DNA of 55,805 nucleotides from Chiloscyllium plagiosum. Taxonomy: Eukaryota. Positions 1-12,099 of the stretch are shown in pieces. The notes under the pieces were generated by a model. The model was not told the origin of the DNA. It made no database searches and worked only from the letters and a program-made list of their open reading frames with translations. Both the position numbers and the translations under genes were made by a program. Where the stretch lies: assembly GCF_004010195.1 (NCBI RefSeq), contig NC_057752.1, positions 4,709,834-4,765,638 on the forward strand, written 5' to 3'. The first letter of the stretch is position 1, and each line of letters begins with the position of its first letter.

Positions 1-270
1 GGTGTTAGGGTTTGGGGACAGGGGTGCGGGGTTGGATGGGGTTGAGGGGGTGGGTTTGGGGGACGGGAGCGGTGTTAGGGTTTGGGGACAGGGGTGCAGG
101 GTTGGACGACGGGGTCTCACTGTGTGCTGCTGCTAGTCTCCTGGACGGGGAGCAGACTTTAAAAACGCCGAGTCCCAGAGGAAAGGCAATTAATCGATTA
201 ACCGAATAATCGATTATCGGAACGAAATAGTGCCTGGCTATCACGTTCAGGTAGTTGACCTTCCCCTGTA
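1..270. mobile_element. Right end of a Tc1/mariner (Tigger-like) non-autonomous DNA element
   Basis: G-rich internal repeats, then subterminal palindromes TTAATCGATTAA and ATAATCGATTAT, ending in CTG|TA. Family recognised from memory. Confidence 0.5.
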
Positions 271-1344
271 TATCTTCTCTGTTAATCCCCTTTCACATCT
301 TCTATCCCTCAATTAGATCTCATCTCATTGCTCTGAACTCCAGGCCTGAACTGCTCAACCTCTCTTCATGAGACAGACCTCTCAGCTCTGGAGTCAATTG
401 TGTGAAGCTCCTTTGATGTAGCTGCATCCCTGCTCAAGTCCAGGGTCTGTAAGTGTATGCAGTTCTCCCAAGTGTGGTCTCTCGCATGCCTGGTACAGTT
501 ACAGCACCACTTCCCCACTTTAACACTATTCCGTCAGTGACAGATGCCAATATTCCATTCGCCTTCCTTCCTTGTTGAAACACAAACACCACACTGCCCT
601 TTATTGAAAGGTGACCGTGAAAGTCAATGTACAATAACAAACGCCAGCATCAGACGCAGATAAAGCCTAGTTTCCAGAATGACTCCAAATAACCGGATGT
701 GTGGCTGGAATGTATATCAAAAGATTTTCCTTGGATTCAGCCCAGGATGGAACAGATACAGGAGGACCCAGACTGGATCTGATTTTCTCTCTATGTTAAG
801 TATTATTTACCGCACATGGTGTAGAACTGAGCTCTGCGTTTCAGATAAACCACCCACCGCCTGGGCCTCTGAGACACTGAAGAGTTTGAGCTCCATTTCC
901 TGGCCAACACACCCTGATCTCATGGAGACAAAGAGTCTTCAATTCAGTTCAGTGTTTTAATTCCAGTGCTTTTGTCCTCTTTCAGAGTTCATTGCTGTAT
1001 TGCACGGATCCCCGCCATAAATACGTGGCTTATATGGGCATGGCACAAGCCTTTCAATGGCAAGGGGAAGAGGAACATGGTGACAAACCTGTCATCCTGC
1101 ACTCATCAGGACAAATGCAAGAATGCCCCATTTCGAACCATTATAACAATTTGTCCTGTAGGCGAAAAGCATGGTGACCGCCAGGTTAACAGTAGCCAGC
1201 GGAAAACAGAATGGGGGAGCCATGGGCTGGATCATTCCAAAACATTGCAAGGCACAGAACAGGTACCTGCAGGTGAAATGTGTGTCACCTCCAGCAATTG
1301 TAAATGACCCACACTACGGACTCAACTGATTGCCTTGAAGATAC

Positions 1345-1748
1345 TTACACACACATGCGCACTCACACACACATACGCACACTCCCTCTCTTACACACAC
1401 ACACACTCATTCACTCACACAGACACATGCAGATAGACATGCACACACACACACACACACAGACACTGTCACACAGACACATTCAAACACACACACTCAT
1501 TCACTCACACAGACACACTCCCACTCTCTCACAGACACACACATTCTCTTTCACACACACTCTCTCTCACACAGTCACTCTTTCTCTCTCACACTCAAAC
1601 ACACACTCTCTCTCTTACACACACATTCTCTCTCTCTCACACTCACACACACACACAGTCTTTCTCTCACACACACACACTTTCTCTCACACTCAAACAC
1701 ACTCTCTCACACACTCTCTCTCTCTCCCTCACACACACACACTCGCAC
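1345..1748. repeat. Compound (CA)n/(CT)n microsatellite
   Basis: About 400 bp of imperfect CA and CT runs; explains the His/Thr/Ser ORF 1304-1786. Confidence 0.95.
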
Positions 1749-3084
1749 AGATCAATGAGTTTCATGAATTTTTAAAAATCAGGTAATGGATCCAAAAACC
1801 CTTGAGTTTTCTCCATGTTGCAATGAGGAAGCCTGGAGAGATGGGCTGACTGGCCTTGCTCAATCCAGGAATAAAGTGAGGGGAAGGAGCACATTTGAGA
1901 CAATGTCATTTAAAGATATGATTGAGCCAAGGTTCATAAATACAGAAAATCCCAACAGTGGAATCCTGTGGAATTTTACAAATATTGACACTAACCAATA
2001 CGGTCGTTTAAAAGAACAAAAACCTCCCAAAAATGTGCTCCTCTTGTCAGTGTGGAAGTTTCCCTCATGATCACTGTCCCCCTCCTCCCCTTTTCCTGAT
2101 TCACTTTTAGTGCTCCCCTCCACTTGTGCATTGATCGCTCTCCCATCTCATTTGTCATGTTCGGCTGGCCTCTCTGTGTTCCCTTTCTTACCGACAGATG
2201 TGCTGCTTCTGGCCTACCTGGGCCATCCAACCATCCATTCCCCACCTGGCCTTTCAGCCCGGGGTGGTGTGGGATAGTTTGTGTCAAACCGGACCCAAGC
2301 TTTTACAAACAGAGTTTATTAACTAACTCAGTCTTCAAACTCCTCCCACACTTCAGTCCCACCCGCCCCACCTACCCAGTCAATGAAGTGGAGTAAACTG
2401 CCAGATTCATAGTTTGGACATCCGTTCCTCGGCAAATTAAACCCGGCCAGTTTGTAAACTAAAATGGATGGGATTTTCAAAAGCTGCATGAAATACAGGG
2501 AGGTGGGAGGCTTTTGCTCAGAATGAGAGATGCGTTTAAACAGGGTCTTGTAGTCAGGATGGTTCCAGTGACTTTGAGGATTCAATCAGAGGGCAATTTG
2601 ACACAATGATGATGACCAGCTTCCAAAGCACAGTTAGTATTCATACAAGGCTGGCATTCAAGGCCTTCGGTGGTGTGGTGGCAGTGTCAATGCCTCTGGC
2701 CTTGGAAGCTCTCGGTTCAAATCCCCCCTGCTCTGTCAGTGTGTCGAACGTATTCAGGAAGGTTAACCTTCAGCCCAGCTAAGTGGGATACCTGGGAATA
2801 ATGTCCATTAACACTCCTGATGATTCCGAAACGGCCAGACTGTTACAAGTCTCAACAACCAGGGGCCAAAGCAATATTATAACGGTCTGGTGAATGGCTC
2901 ATAGCCTGACCTATGAACTCTTGCCCTCTCTCCTCAGGTGTGGCCTGACTAATTCATTTTTGTTTTCTGTGTTTGTGTTAAAAGTGCCTGAGATTTGCTT
3001 GGTCTCTCAAGACACCTAGTGGAATATCTACGTCATTGCGTCACGTTTGTTCAACATCCATTTGGAACCTTCCATCAGATCTGA

Positions 3085-3520
3085 AAAAACAGGGGCCAGT
3101 ATAGGCCACTCAGTCTGCTCAACCCCTCCATGTGGATCATGCCAACATCACCTTTCCTCATAATCTCTCAATTCACTTAGTGCCCAAAGATCTAACCATC
3201 TCTACTTAAATATCTTCAATGTCCGAGCCTCCATGTGCCCCCCCCGGGGTAGAGAATTCCAAAGATTCACCACCCTCTGAGGGAAGAAATCCCTCCTCAC
3301 CTCTGTCCAAAATGGCCGCCCCCGATTTGGTCACTGTATCCTGTGTTCAACAATCCCCAGGGGAGATATCCTCTCGATACCGTGACGTCCCTTCAGAAAT
3401 GTAATTGTTTCAATTTGGTCATTTCACATTCTTCTAAACTCCAGGAAATGGAGACTAAGACAGGACAATCCCATCATTCCCAGGAGCCGGTCTTAGCCAA
3501 CCTTCGGGCAAATCCTTCCT
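3085..3520 (-). mobile_element. Old CR1-type LINE 3' fragment
   Basis: Degenerate similarity to the 3' ends of the other CR1 copies (gtagagaattccaaagattcaccaccctctgag...). Confidence 0.55.
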
Positions 3521-5120
3521 TATCTTCCAGAAGTGGATGAAATCTAATCTTTCCTGACCAAAATAAATGGATCATGTTAAAATATCACATCAACATGCCA
3601 AGGGCTGTTGATTGACAAAACTTTGTCTTTTCCATTTGTTGATGCTATTGTGATGGTGTAATCAAACTAAAAAAAACCATCACCCCACACGTTTGTACTA
3701 CGCTCTTACAACACACACAGTTCTTGGAATGCTGACAGCTCCCCTGCTAATGTTTGATCTGATAATATTATCTGTTTATTGTCAAATCCAGCTCCATGCC
3801 ATCTCTGAGGCCCATTCTGTACAGATTGAGGGCGTATCCCTGCTGTTGCTGGTAGGACGACAGAAGGATCATGCTGATGGGGCCACAGGAAGGATAAACA
3901 AAGAACGCTGAAGATCCAAAACAACAACAGGAATGGTTGGATGAAGACGTTTCACGTGGAGAATAAACACTAGCATAAACACTAGGTGGGCCGAATGGCC
4001 TGTTTCTGTTGCGACATGGGGGGGGTGTAATTGACCTCAGCGTCACTGGTCTTTGGGAGGGGCTGTTCGCTCAGGGCTCCTTTGACACTGCCCGACAACT
4101 CCAGACTCTGGCAAAGTTAGCTCCTATTCACAGGACATGGGCGTCAAAAAAACAGCCAACGTCTGTTGCCCACGAGAAGGTGGTGGTGACTGTTGCTGAG
4201 GGGAAGTTGGGAGTTAAATATGTTGCTGTGACTCTGGAGCCAGATGTAGGCCAGAATGGGTGCGGACAGGAGAAAGGGAGGAAAAAGACATTTTTTTGAA
4301 GGAAACATGCTGTTTTCTTCAATGGGTTGCTGTTGGGGTGGGGGTGGGGGCAACTCTGAAGTGGAGCCTGCGGCCTAACACACCAGAACGGAAAAGCTGC
4401 TGGCTATTTCTAACTCATTTAAAATCCTGACAAGCTTATTGCCACCTGGCAACTTGTGGTGTGTTTGAAGCACTGGCCTCTTTTTTTTTCTTGTCGTCCA
4501 ATTATCCTGAAAAGCAATTTTTAAAAAAAAAACAAGTGCATCAAGCTACAGGAGTTGTCCTCGGCAAATATTCTGGATTTATTTTGGCAGTGGTTTCCTG
4601 GAATGGGATGTGGAAAGATGGGATGTCTGTAATGGGATGAAAGGGAGTAAATATTTTCAATAGAGGTGTTCCCCCTGCTCCCCCCACCCAAGTGTTGCCA
4701 GGCAACCAGGAGGTGGTAACACTGTGACGTGAGAGGAGAAAAGTGGCAAAGACATGATATAAGATAAAAACCCTGTGCAGAGAAAACAGTTAACGTGTCG
4801 ACATTAATAACCCTTCCTCAGAACTGATAGGAGCTTGCTGTAGGTGGTAATTGTGCTAATGACAGCCAGTGGAGGGGCAAATAGGCCGTTAGCTGCAGAT
4901 GGAGCCCAGAGAGAGAGTGTGACAGTTATGGACCCAAAAGGATGGATAATGGCAAGCCAGGGAAGGAGAAAAGCTGATCAAGAAGCCCCAACCAGCAATT
5001 GGAGGCAGTGGTGCCATGAGACTTTACAAGATGGCAGCACTGGCAAGGCAACATCTCGGAGGAGGGCCGCTGCAATGGGACTCTCGGCAAAAAGGCTGTG
5101 CTGCCTTGGTCTGGCAGTTG

Positions 5121-7577
5121 GGCAGGGACTCCTGGCTGCAGTGGACCTGGAGCGGGGACCCCTGGTTACAGTAGACCTGGAGCAGGGGAGTCCTGGCTGC
5201 AGTGGACCCGGAGCAGGGGACCCCTGGTTACAGTAGGCCCGGAGCGGGGGACTCCTAGTTACAGTAGACCCGGAGCAGGGGAGTCCTGGCTGCAGTGGGC
5301 CCAGAGCGGGGACTCCTGGTTACAGTAGGCCCGGAGCAGGGGAGTCCTGGCTGCAGTGGACCCGGAGCAGGGGACGCCTGGCTGCAGTGGACCTGGAGCG
5401 GGGGATTCCTAGTTACAGTAGACCCGGAGCAGGGAAGTCCTGGCTGCAGTGGACCTGGAGCGGGGGACTCCTAGTTACAGTAGACCCGAAGCGGGGGATT
5501 CCTGGCTGCAGTGGGCCCAGAGCGGGGACTCCTGGTTACATTAGGCCCGGAGCAGGGGAGTCCTGGCTGCAGTGGACCCGGAGCGGGGGAGTCCTGGTTA
5601 CAGTAGGCCCGGAGCGGGGGACTCCTGGCTGCAGTGGACCCGGAGCAGGGGACTCCTGGTTACAGTAGGCCCGGAGCGGGGGATTCCTGGTTACAGTAGG
5701 CCCGGAGCGGGGGAGTCCTGGTTACAGTAGGCCCGGAGCGGGGGACTCCTGGCTGCAGTGGACCCGGAGCGGGGGACTCCTGGCTGCAGTGGACCCGGAG
5801 CAGGGGACTCCTGGTTACAGTAGGCCCGGAGCGGGGGATTCCTGGTTACAGTAGGCCCGGAGCGGGGGACTCCTGGTTACAGTAGGCCCGGAGCAGGGGA
5901 CTCCTGGTTACAGTAGGCCCGGAGCGGGGGATTCCTGGTTACAGTAGGCCCGGAGCGGGGGACTCCTGGTTACAGTAGGCCCGGAGCAAGGGACTCCTGG
6001 TTACAGTAGGCACAGAGCAGGGGACTCCTGGTTACAGTAGGCACAGAGTGGGGGACCCCTGGTTACAGTGGACCCAAAACGGGGGATTCCTGGCTACAGT
6101 GGACCCAAAACGGGGGATTCCTGGCTGCAGTGGACCCAAAACGGGGGATTCCTGGCTGCAGTGGGCCCGGAGCAGGGGACTCCTGGTTACAGTAGGCCCG
6201 GAGTGGGGGACTCCTGGTTACACTGGACCCGAAGCACAGACTCCTGGCTGCAGTTGTCAGAGAGCGGGGGACTCCTGGTTACAGTGGGCCTGGAGCTCGA
6301 GTGTCCTGGTTACAATGGGCCCGGAGCAGGGGACTCCTGATTACAGTGGGCCCAGAACAGGGGACTCCTGGTTACAGTGGGCCTGGAGCTCGAGTGTCCT
6401 GGTTACAGTGGGCCCGGAGCGGGGGATTCCTGGCTGCAGTAGGCCCGGAGCGGGGGATTCCTGGCTGCAGTGGTCCCGGAGCGGGGGATTCCTGGCTGCA
6501 GTAGGCCCGGAGCGGGGGACTCCTGGCTGCAGTGGGCCCGGAGCGGGGGATTCCTGGCTGCAGTAGGCCCGGAGCGGGGGACTCCTGGTTACAGTAGGCC
6601 CGGAGAGGGGGACTCCTGGTTACAGTAGGCCCGGAGCGGGGGATTCCTGGCTGCAGTAGGCCCGGAGCGGGGGACTCCTGGTTACAGTAGGCCCGGAGCG
6701 GGGGACTCCTGGTTACAGTAGGCCCGGAGCGGGGGACTCCTGGTTACAGTAGGCCCGGAGCAGGGGACTCCTGGTTACAGTAGGCCCGGAGTGGGGGACT
6801 CCTGGTTACAGTGGGCCCGGAGCGGGGGATTCCTGGCTGCAGTTGTCAGAGAGCGGGGACTCCTGGTTACAGTAGGCCCGGAGCGGGGGACTCCTGGCTG
6901 CAGTAGGCCCGGAGCGGGGGACTCCTGGTTACAGTAGGCCCGGAGTGGGGGACCCCTGGTTACAATAGGCCCGGAGCGGGGGACTCCTGGTTACAGTAGG
7001 CCCGGAGCAGGGGAGTCCTGGCTGCAGTGGACCCGGAGCAGGGGACTCCTAGTTACAGTAGGCCCGGAGCAGGGGAGTCCTGGCTGCAGTGGACCCGGAG
7101 CGGGGGACTCCTGGTTGCAGTGGACCCGGAGCAGGGGAGTCCTGGTTACAGTAGGCCCGGAGCGGGGGACTCCTGGTTACAGTAGACCCGGAGCAGGGGA
7201 GTCCTGGTTACAGTGGGCCCGGAGCGGGGGAGTCCTGGTTACAGTGGGCCCGGAGTGGGGGACTCCTGGTTACAGTGGGTCTGGAGCAGGGGACTCCTGG
7301 TTGCAGTGGGCACAGAGCGGAGGACTCCTGGTTACAGTGGGCCCGGAGAGGGGGACGCCTGGTTACAGTGGGCCCGGAGAGGGGGACTCCTGGTTACAGT
7401 GGGCCCGGAGCAGGAGACTCCTGGTTACGGTGGGCCCGGAGCAGGGGAGTCCTGGTTACAGTGGGCCCAGAGCGGGGGACTCCTGGTTATAATAGGCCCG
7501 GAGCAGGAGACTCCTGGTTATAGTAGGCCCGGAGCAGGGGAGTCCTGGTTACAGTGGGCCCAGAGCGGGGGACTCCT
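5121..7577. repeat. GC-rich 31-bp minisatellite, roughly 79 units, consensus GGAGCGGGGGACTCCTGGTTACAGTAGGCCC
   Basis: Directly visible tandem array; source of the repetitive ORFs at 4844-7599. Confidence 0.97.
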
Positions 7578-8584
7578 ATGTTGGATCTGGCTCTGGTGAT
7601 GGCAAGGTGGTGGAGGAAGGTGATGGTACACGTGTCGTTGGTGAGCTGGCTCAGGGCTCTCCTTCAGTTCTGTCTGTTATCGTTTGTATTCTTAAACTAT
7701 TCGAAATGGCGCTGGATTGTGGTGACACCTGAAGCTTTTTGCTGTATTCTTACTGTTTGGTTCACTTAAAAGTGCAAGTCACAATAAATAAATAATTTGT
7801 TCATTTATTCAACCTGTGAAAATGGCCTGTGTGTGTGTGTCTCTCTCTCTCTCACACACACACACATCAGAGAGCCTGCAATTAGACAGAATGTCAGTGG
7901 TTATTTTGAAAAAGCACAATTTCCAGCCAATCTGAAGTTTCAAACTGTGCAGGTGCCCCATGAATTAAAGAAAACTTTTTTTTTGCAGACAACGAGGGAA
8001 TTGATGAAAGTATAATAAAGGTGCTTTGCAGGAGTGCGATAAAATTGAGCCACAAACTGAGGTAAAGAGACAGGGATTAACAGTTTGGTTAAAGAGGGTG
8101 CTTGGAAAGGAGAGAGAGAGCTGGAGAGTTCAAGCCTAAAGTGCTCCACCTGCTGGTTGCTGTGCCTCTCCTGCACCTCCCTTTTACCTCACCAATGTTG
8201 CAATATTGTTACTTGTAATACAAGTCGCATTGTGTGGTCTTAATTTTAAATCGCCCCCTTGAGTGCATCCTGTGCAGGGTTCGAATGGGGGCCTTGTTGT
8301 AAAGGCGGTGTTCAGAAAGCACACACAGATTGGTTCAAATCAGAAAGAAACAACTTGCTCTTCGATAGAGGCTGGCCCAATTTCACAAAGTGTGTGTTAC
8401 ACTCTGCTCAAAGTGCAGTCACTGTCGCCAATGTCGAAACTGTGGCACTAGTTTGCACACCAATATGGTCATGATCAGATAAACTGTTTTAATGATGTTG
8501 ACACAGATGAAGTTTGACCAGGATGCTGGCATAATTCCCCTGCTCTTCTTCCAACGATTTGATTTGCTCACAGGATGTGGGCTT

Positions 8585-9440
8585 CATGGGATAGGCCAGA
8601 ATTTATTGGCCATCTCTAAATGATGACTAGGAAGTTGAATGCCTGCATCGACCCATGATGCTCTTGGGGAGGGAAGTGACAGATCGTGACTCAGCGACAC
8701 GCTGAAGGAACAGCGATCTATTTCCAGGTCAGGATGGTGAGGGGAACTTGCCAGGGGTGGTGTTCCCACATATCTGCTGCCCTTGTCCCTTTAAATGGTC
8801 GTGGTCATGGGTTTGGAAGGTGCTGTTGAAGGAGCCTGGGTGAATTGCAAGTTGAAAGTATTGGTGGTGGAGGGAGGGGATGTTGAAGGAGGTGGATGTG
8901 TTGTCAATCAAGCGGTGGCTACTTTGTCCTGGATGATGTCGAGCTTCTTGAGTGTTGTTGGAGCTGCCCCCATTCAGGGCAAATGAGGAGTATTCCATCA
9001 CACTCCTGATTTCTGCCTTGTCAATGGTGGACAGGCTTTGGGGAGTCAGGAGGTGAGTTACTCACTGCAGTATTCTTAGCCTCTGACCTGCTCTTGGAGC
9101 CACTGTGTTTATGTGGCTACTCCAGTTGAATTTCAGCTGGTCAATAGTAACCCCCAGGATGTTCATAGTGGGGAATTCAATAATGGTCATACCATTGAAT
9201 GCCAAAAGATTCTATCTCTTGGTTGGTGATGGTCATAGCCTGGCATTTGTGTGGTATGAATGTTACTTGCTACTTGTCAGCCCTAGCTTGGATATTGTCC
9301 AGGTCTTGCTGCATTTGAACATGGACTGCTTCAGTATCTGAGGAGCCGCGAATGATGCTGATCATCGGCGAACATCCCCACATCTGACTTTGTGATGGAG
9401 GGAAGATCATTACTGAAGCAGCTGGAGATGGATGGGCCTT
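8585..9440 (-). mobile_element. Degenerate LINE (CR1/L2-group) reverse transcriptase C-terminus and 3' tail
   Basis: Minus strand reads MFADD at 9375-9361, followed by a QMQQDLDNIQA-like segment; ends with ...CAATAAATTCTGGCC near 8595. Confidence 0.75.
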
Positions 9441-9957
9441 GAACAGCAGTGATTCTGAGAAACATTAACATTCTCTGAAGAGGGCAGACAAAGCTGCCGT
9501 TTCACCTCACATTTTGAAGCCTAATTTGAGAACACTAACAGCCAATCCCGAATGTCCTTAACCTTTGAAAGTGAAGCCGTATTGAAACAGACCTGCAGCC
9601 ACCGAATGAAGATTGAATTTTGTTTTGTTTAGGAATGAAATAATTCAAAATGAAATTCTGGACGACCTCCTGTTCAAACAGGAGCAAGTCCCAGAAGGAG
9701 CGAGGCTCCACGTTTTCCGTTGCTCGCTGTGAACAGGTTGACTCCTGGGTTTGGTGCCATTATTTTTGCGTGGAGATTTGGGGAGGCTACAATATACCTC
9801 ATCACAAAGATCCTGAGGCCAGAGAAACTGAAGGTGCCAACATTGATAGGTGCCTCTATTCCAGGCTCTGAAAAGCCATTTTTTTCGGGATAGTGTGGAC
9901 AAGGGTGTACCTGGAGCATTACCAAGCTCAGGGAATGTGATGTGATGTGATTCCCTC

Positions 9958-10298
9958 TGGTGGGTTGATGGCCGAGTGTTATTATCATGGGGCTGTTAAT
10001 CCAGAGACCCAGTTCAAATCCCACCATGGTAGATGGTGGAATTTTAATTACTTTTTTAAAAATCTGAAATTAAGAGTCTAATGGTGATCATGAATCTATT
10101 GTCGATTGTTGGGGGAAAAAAAACCCATCTGGTTCACTAATATCCTTTAGGGAAGGAAACTGTCATCCTTACCCGGTCTGGCCTATATGTGACTCCAGAC
10201 CCACGGCAATGGGCTTGACTCTTAAATGCCCCCTGGGTAATAAATGCTACCCTTGGGCAGTGACGCCCTCATCTCATGAATAAAGAGAAAAAAAAACT
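9958..10298 (+). mobile_element. tRNA-derived SINE with a conserved central domain (MetaSINE-like) and a LINE-derived A-rich tail
   Basis: B-box-like GTTCAAATCC at about 10013; core TCCTTTAGGGAAGGAAACTGTCATCCTTACCCGGTCTGGCCTATATGTGACTCCAG; tail AATAAATGCT...GTGACGCC...ATGAATAAA followed by an A run. Confidence 0.6.
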
Positions 10299-10677
10299 GA
10301 CCTTCCATGACCTAAAAAGACAACTCACTGTCTCTTCTTGCACTTTTTTTCCTCACGGAAGAATTCCTGTCGAAAGTGCTGGGAGAGGGAGAGCTCAATA
10401 TTTCACTGAAAATGCTGGGCAGCACGGGGGCGTGATACACCTCTCCTCCCCCCGCCCCCCATCAATCCCTCAGAGAATATGCCGTGCCAAAATCCCTCAC
10501 CTGGAGAATTTCGGTGCAAATTGCTGCACCCACCTCATTCAGACTCGAAACAGCAATCCTGAACAAATGGAACAGGCCACTCATGAAGCAATAGTTGCTC
10601 GCTTTATTTCAGAAATGTTCACACTGCAGCAGAACTGACCATGTCACCATGGACAGGGAGATCCGCCAAGACCAAAT

Positions 10678-11070
10678 CCTGGAGCGTCGGAGGCAGAGGG
10701 GGTGACCTTATAGAGGTTTACAAAATTATGAGGGGTATTGGTAGGATAAACAGACTGGGTCTTTTCCCTGGGGTGGGGGAGTCCAGAACTAGAGGGGCAT
10801 AGGTTTAGGGTGAGAGGGGAAAGATATAAAAGAGACCTAAGGGGCAACCTTTTCACACAGAGGGTGGTACGGGTGTGGAAATGAGCTGCCAGAGGAAGTG
10901 GTGGAGGCTGGTACAGTTACAATATTTATAAGGCATCTGGTTGGGTATATGAATAGGAATGGTTGGGACGGATATGGGCCAAGTGGGACTAGATTGGGTT
11001 GGGATATCTGGTCGGCCTGGGGGAGTTGGATCGAAGGGTCTGTTTCTGTGCTGTATAGCTCTAGGACTCT
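10678..11070 (+). mobile_element. CR1-type (HER1-like) LINE 3' end
   Basis: [18 protein letters not shown] ORF2 terminus plus the 3' UTR shared by many copies in this window. Confidence 0.85.
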
Positions 11071-12099
11071 AATCTCCGCGATACATCGGAGGCAAGTGTT
11101 CCCCAATGTTGCTTCACAGCTCCCTAAAACCTGCTCTTGCTCTCGCTGCTCTGATTTTCCAATGTGCTAACTAGAATAGCCCGAGGTTTGTTTGATTTGT
11201 GCTCAATTGTTGTGCTCGCTACCGATAGAGAACAGAAGTGTGGCGGGAGCTGTAGTGCCTCAGAACAGTGTTGGGGCCAGTGGTTAGAAATGTCACCTCC
11301 ACAGGCCAGTCGAAATACTGAGACCGGGCTTTCGGTGAATTCACAATGTGATGTGGCCAAAACTTTCCCCATTGCTGCAACAAAGCAAGGAGATAAAAGG
11401 ACTGGGACTGAATGGCGAGTAAAGTCTATCGCTGTGTACGCATTGTGTCATTCCAGAAACAGAGATGTCAAACATTTACAAAACAGCTCTCTCATGTAAA
11501 TCAGATCCTCAAGTGCCTTGTACAGTATTTTGATATTTAAAAAAGTATGATTGCTCACATCAGAGCAATAAACCCCTCAAACTGTCCTCTATCTGTTTGA
11601 CTTAGTCTAAACGAAGCAAAGAAGTGCTGATGTGGGTGGTGTTCTCTACCTGCTTTAGATCTCCATGTGCACCTGAGGCTTCCGTCTCTGCACCCAAACC
11701 TTCAGCAGACATTGGAACACAGCAACAGAAGTAGACCATTCAGCCCCTCAAGTCTGTTCCACCGATCAGAGAGCTCGTGGCTGATCTGTGGCCTAATTCT
11801 GTGCACCCTTCCACGTTCGTGTCTATCCCCCATGTGAACAGCACGCCTTATCCTCGACCCCTTTACTCAGTCAACCATTCGGAAAGTAGAGAATGCTGGA
11901 GAATCTCAGCAGGTCTCAGTGTGGAGAGAAACAGAGACAATGTTTCAAGTCCAGTCCGACTCGTCTTCCGCAACGTTCACCCTGTTTCTCTCTGCTGCCA
12001 CACCTGCTGAGTTTCTCCAGTGCTTTCTCTGCATTTATTTCAGATTCCCAGCCTCCACCTATTTTTCCTTCAGTCAACCATAATGAAATATTAAGAACA

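Noticed and set aside
1..100. Telomere-like TTAGGG hexamers
   Set aside because: Only two isolated copies, within the G-rich internal repeat of a DNA-transposon remnant; not an array.
1304..1786. 160-aa His/Thr/Ser ORF
   Set aside because: Translation of the (CA)/(CT) microsatellite.
2665..2735. tRNA gene (also tRNA-like stretches at about 30016-30075, 40776-40840 and the SINE heads)
   Set aside because: Only degenerate A/B-box-like motifs, and I could not build a full cloverleaf. These are best explained as SINE heads.
4844..7599. Collagen-like or Gly/Pro-rich ORFs
   Set aside because: Products of the 31-bp minisatellite; no sustained Gly-X-Y register and no splice structure.
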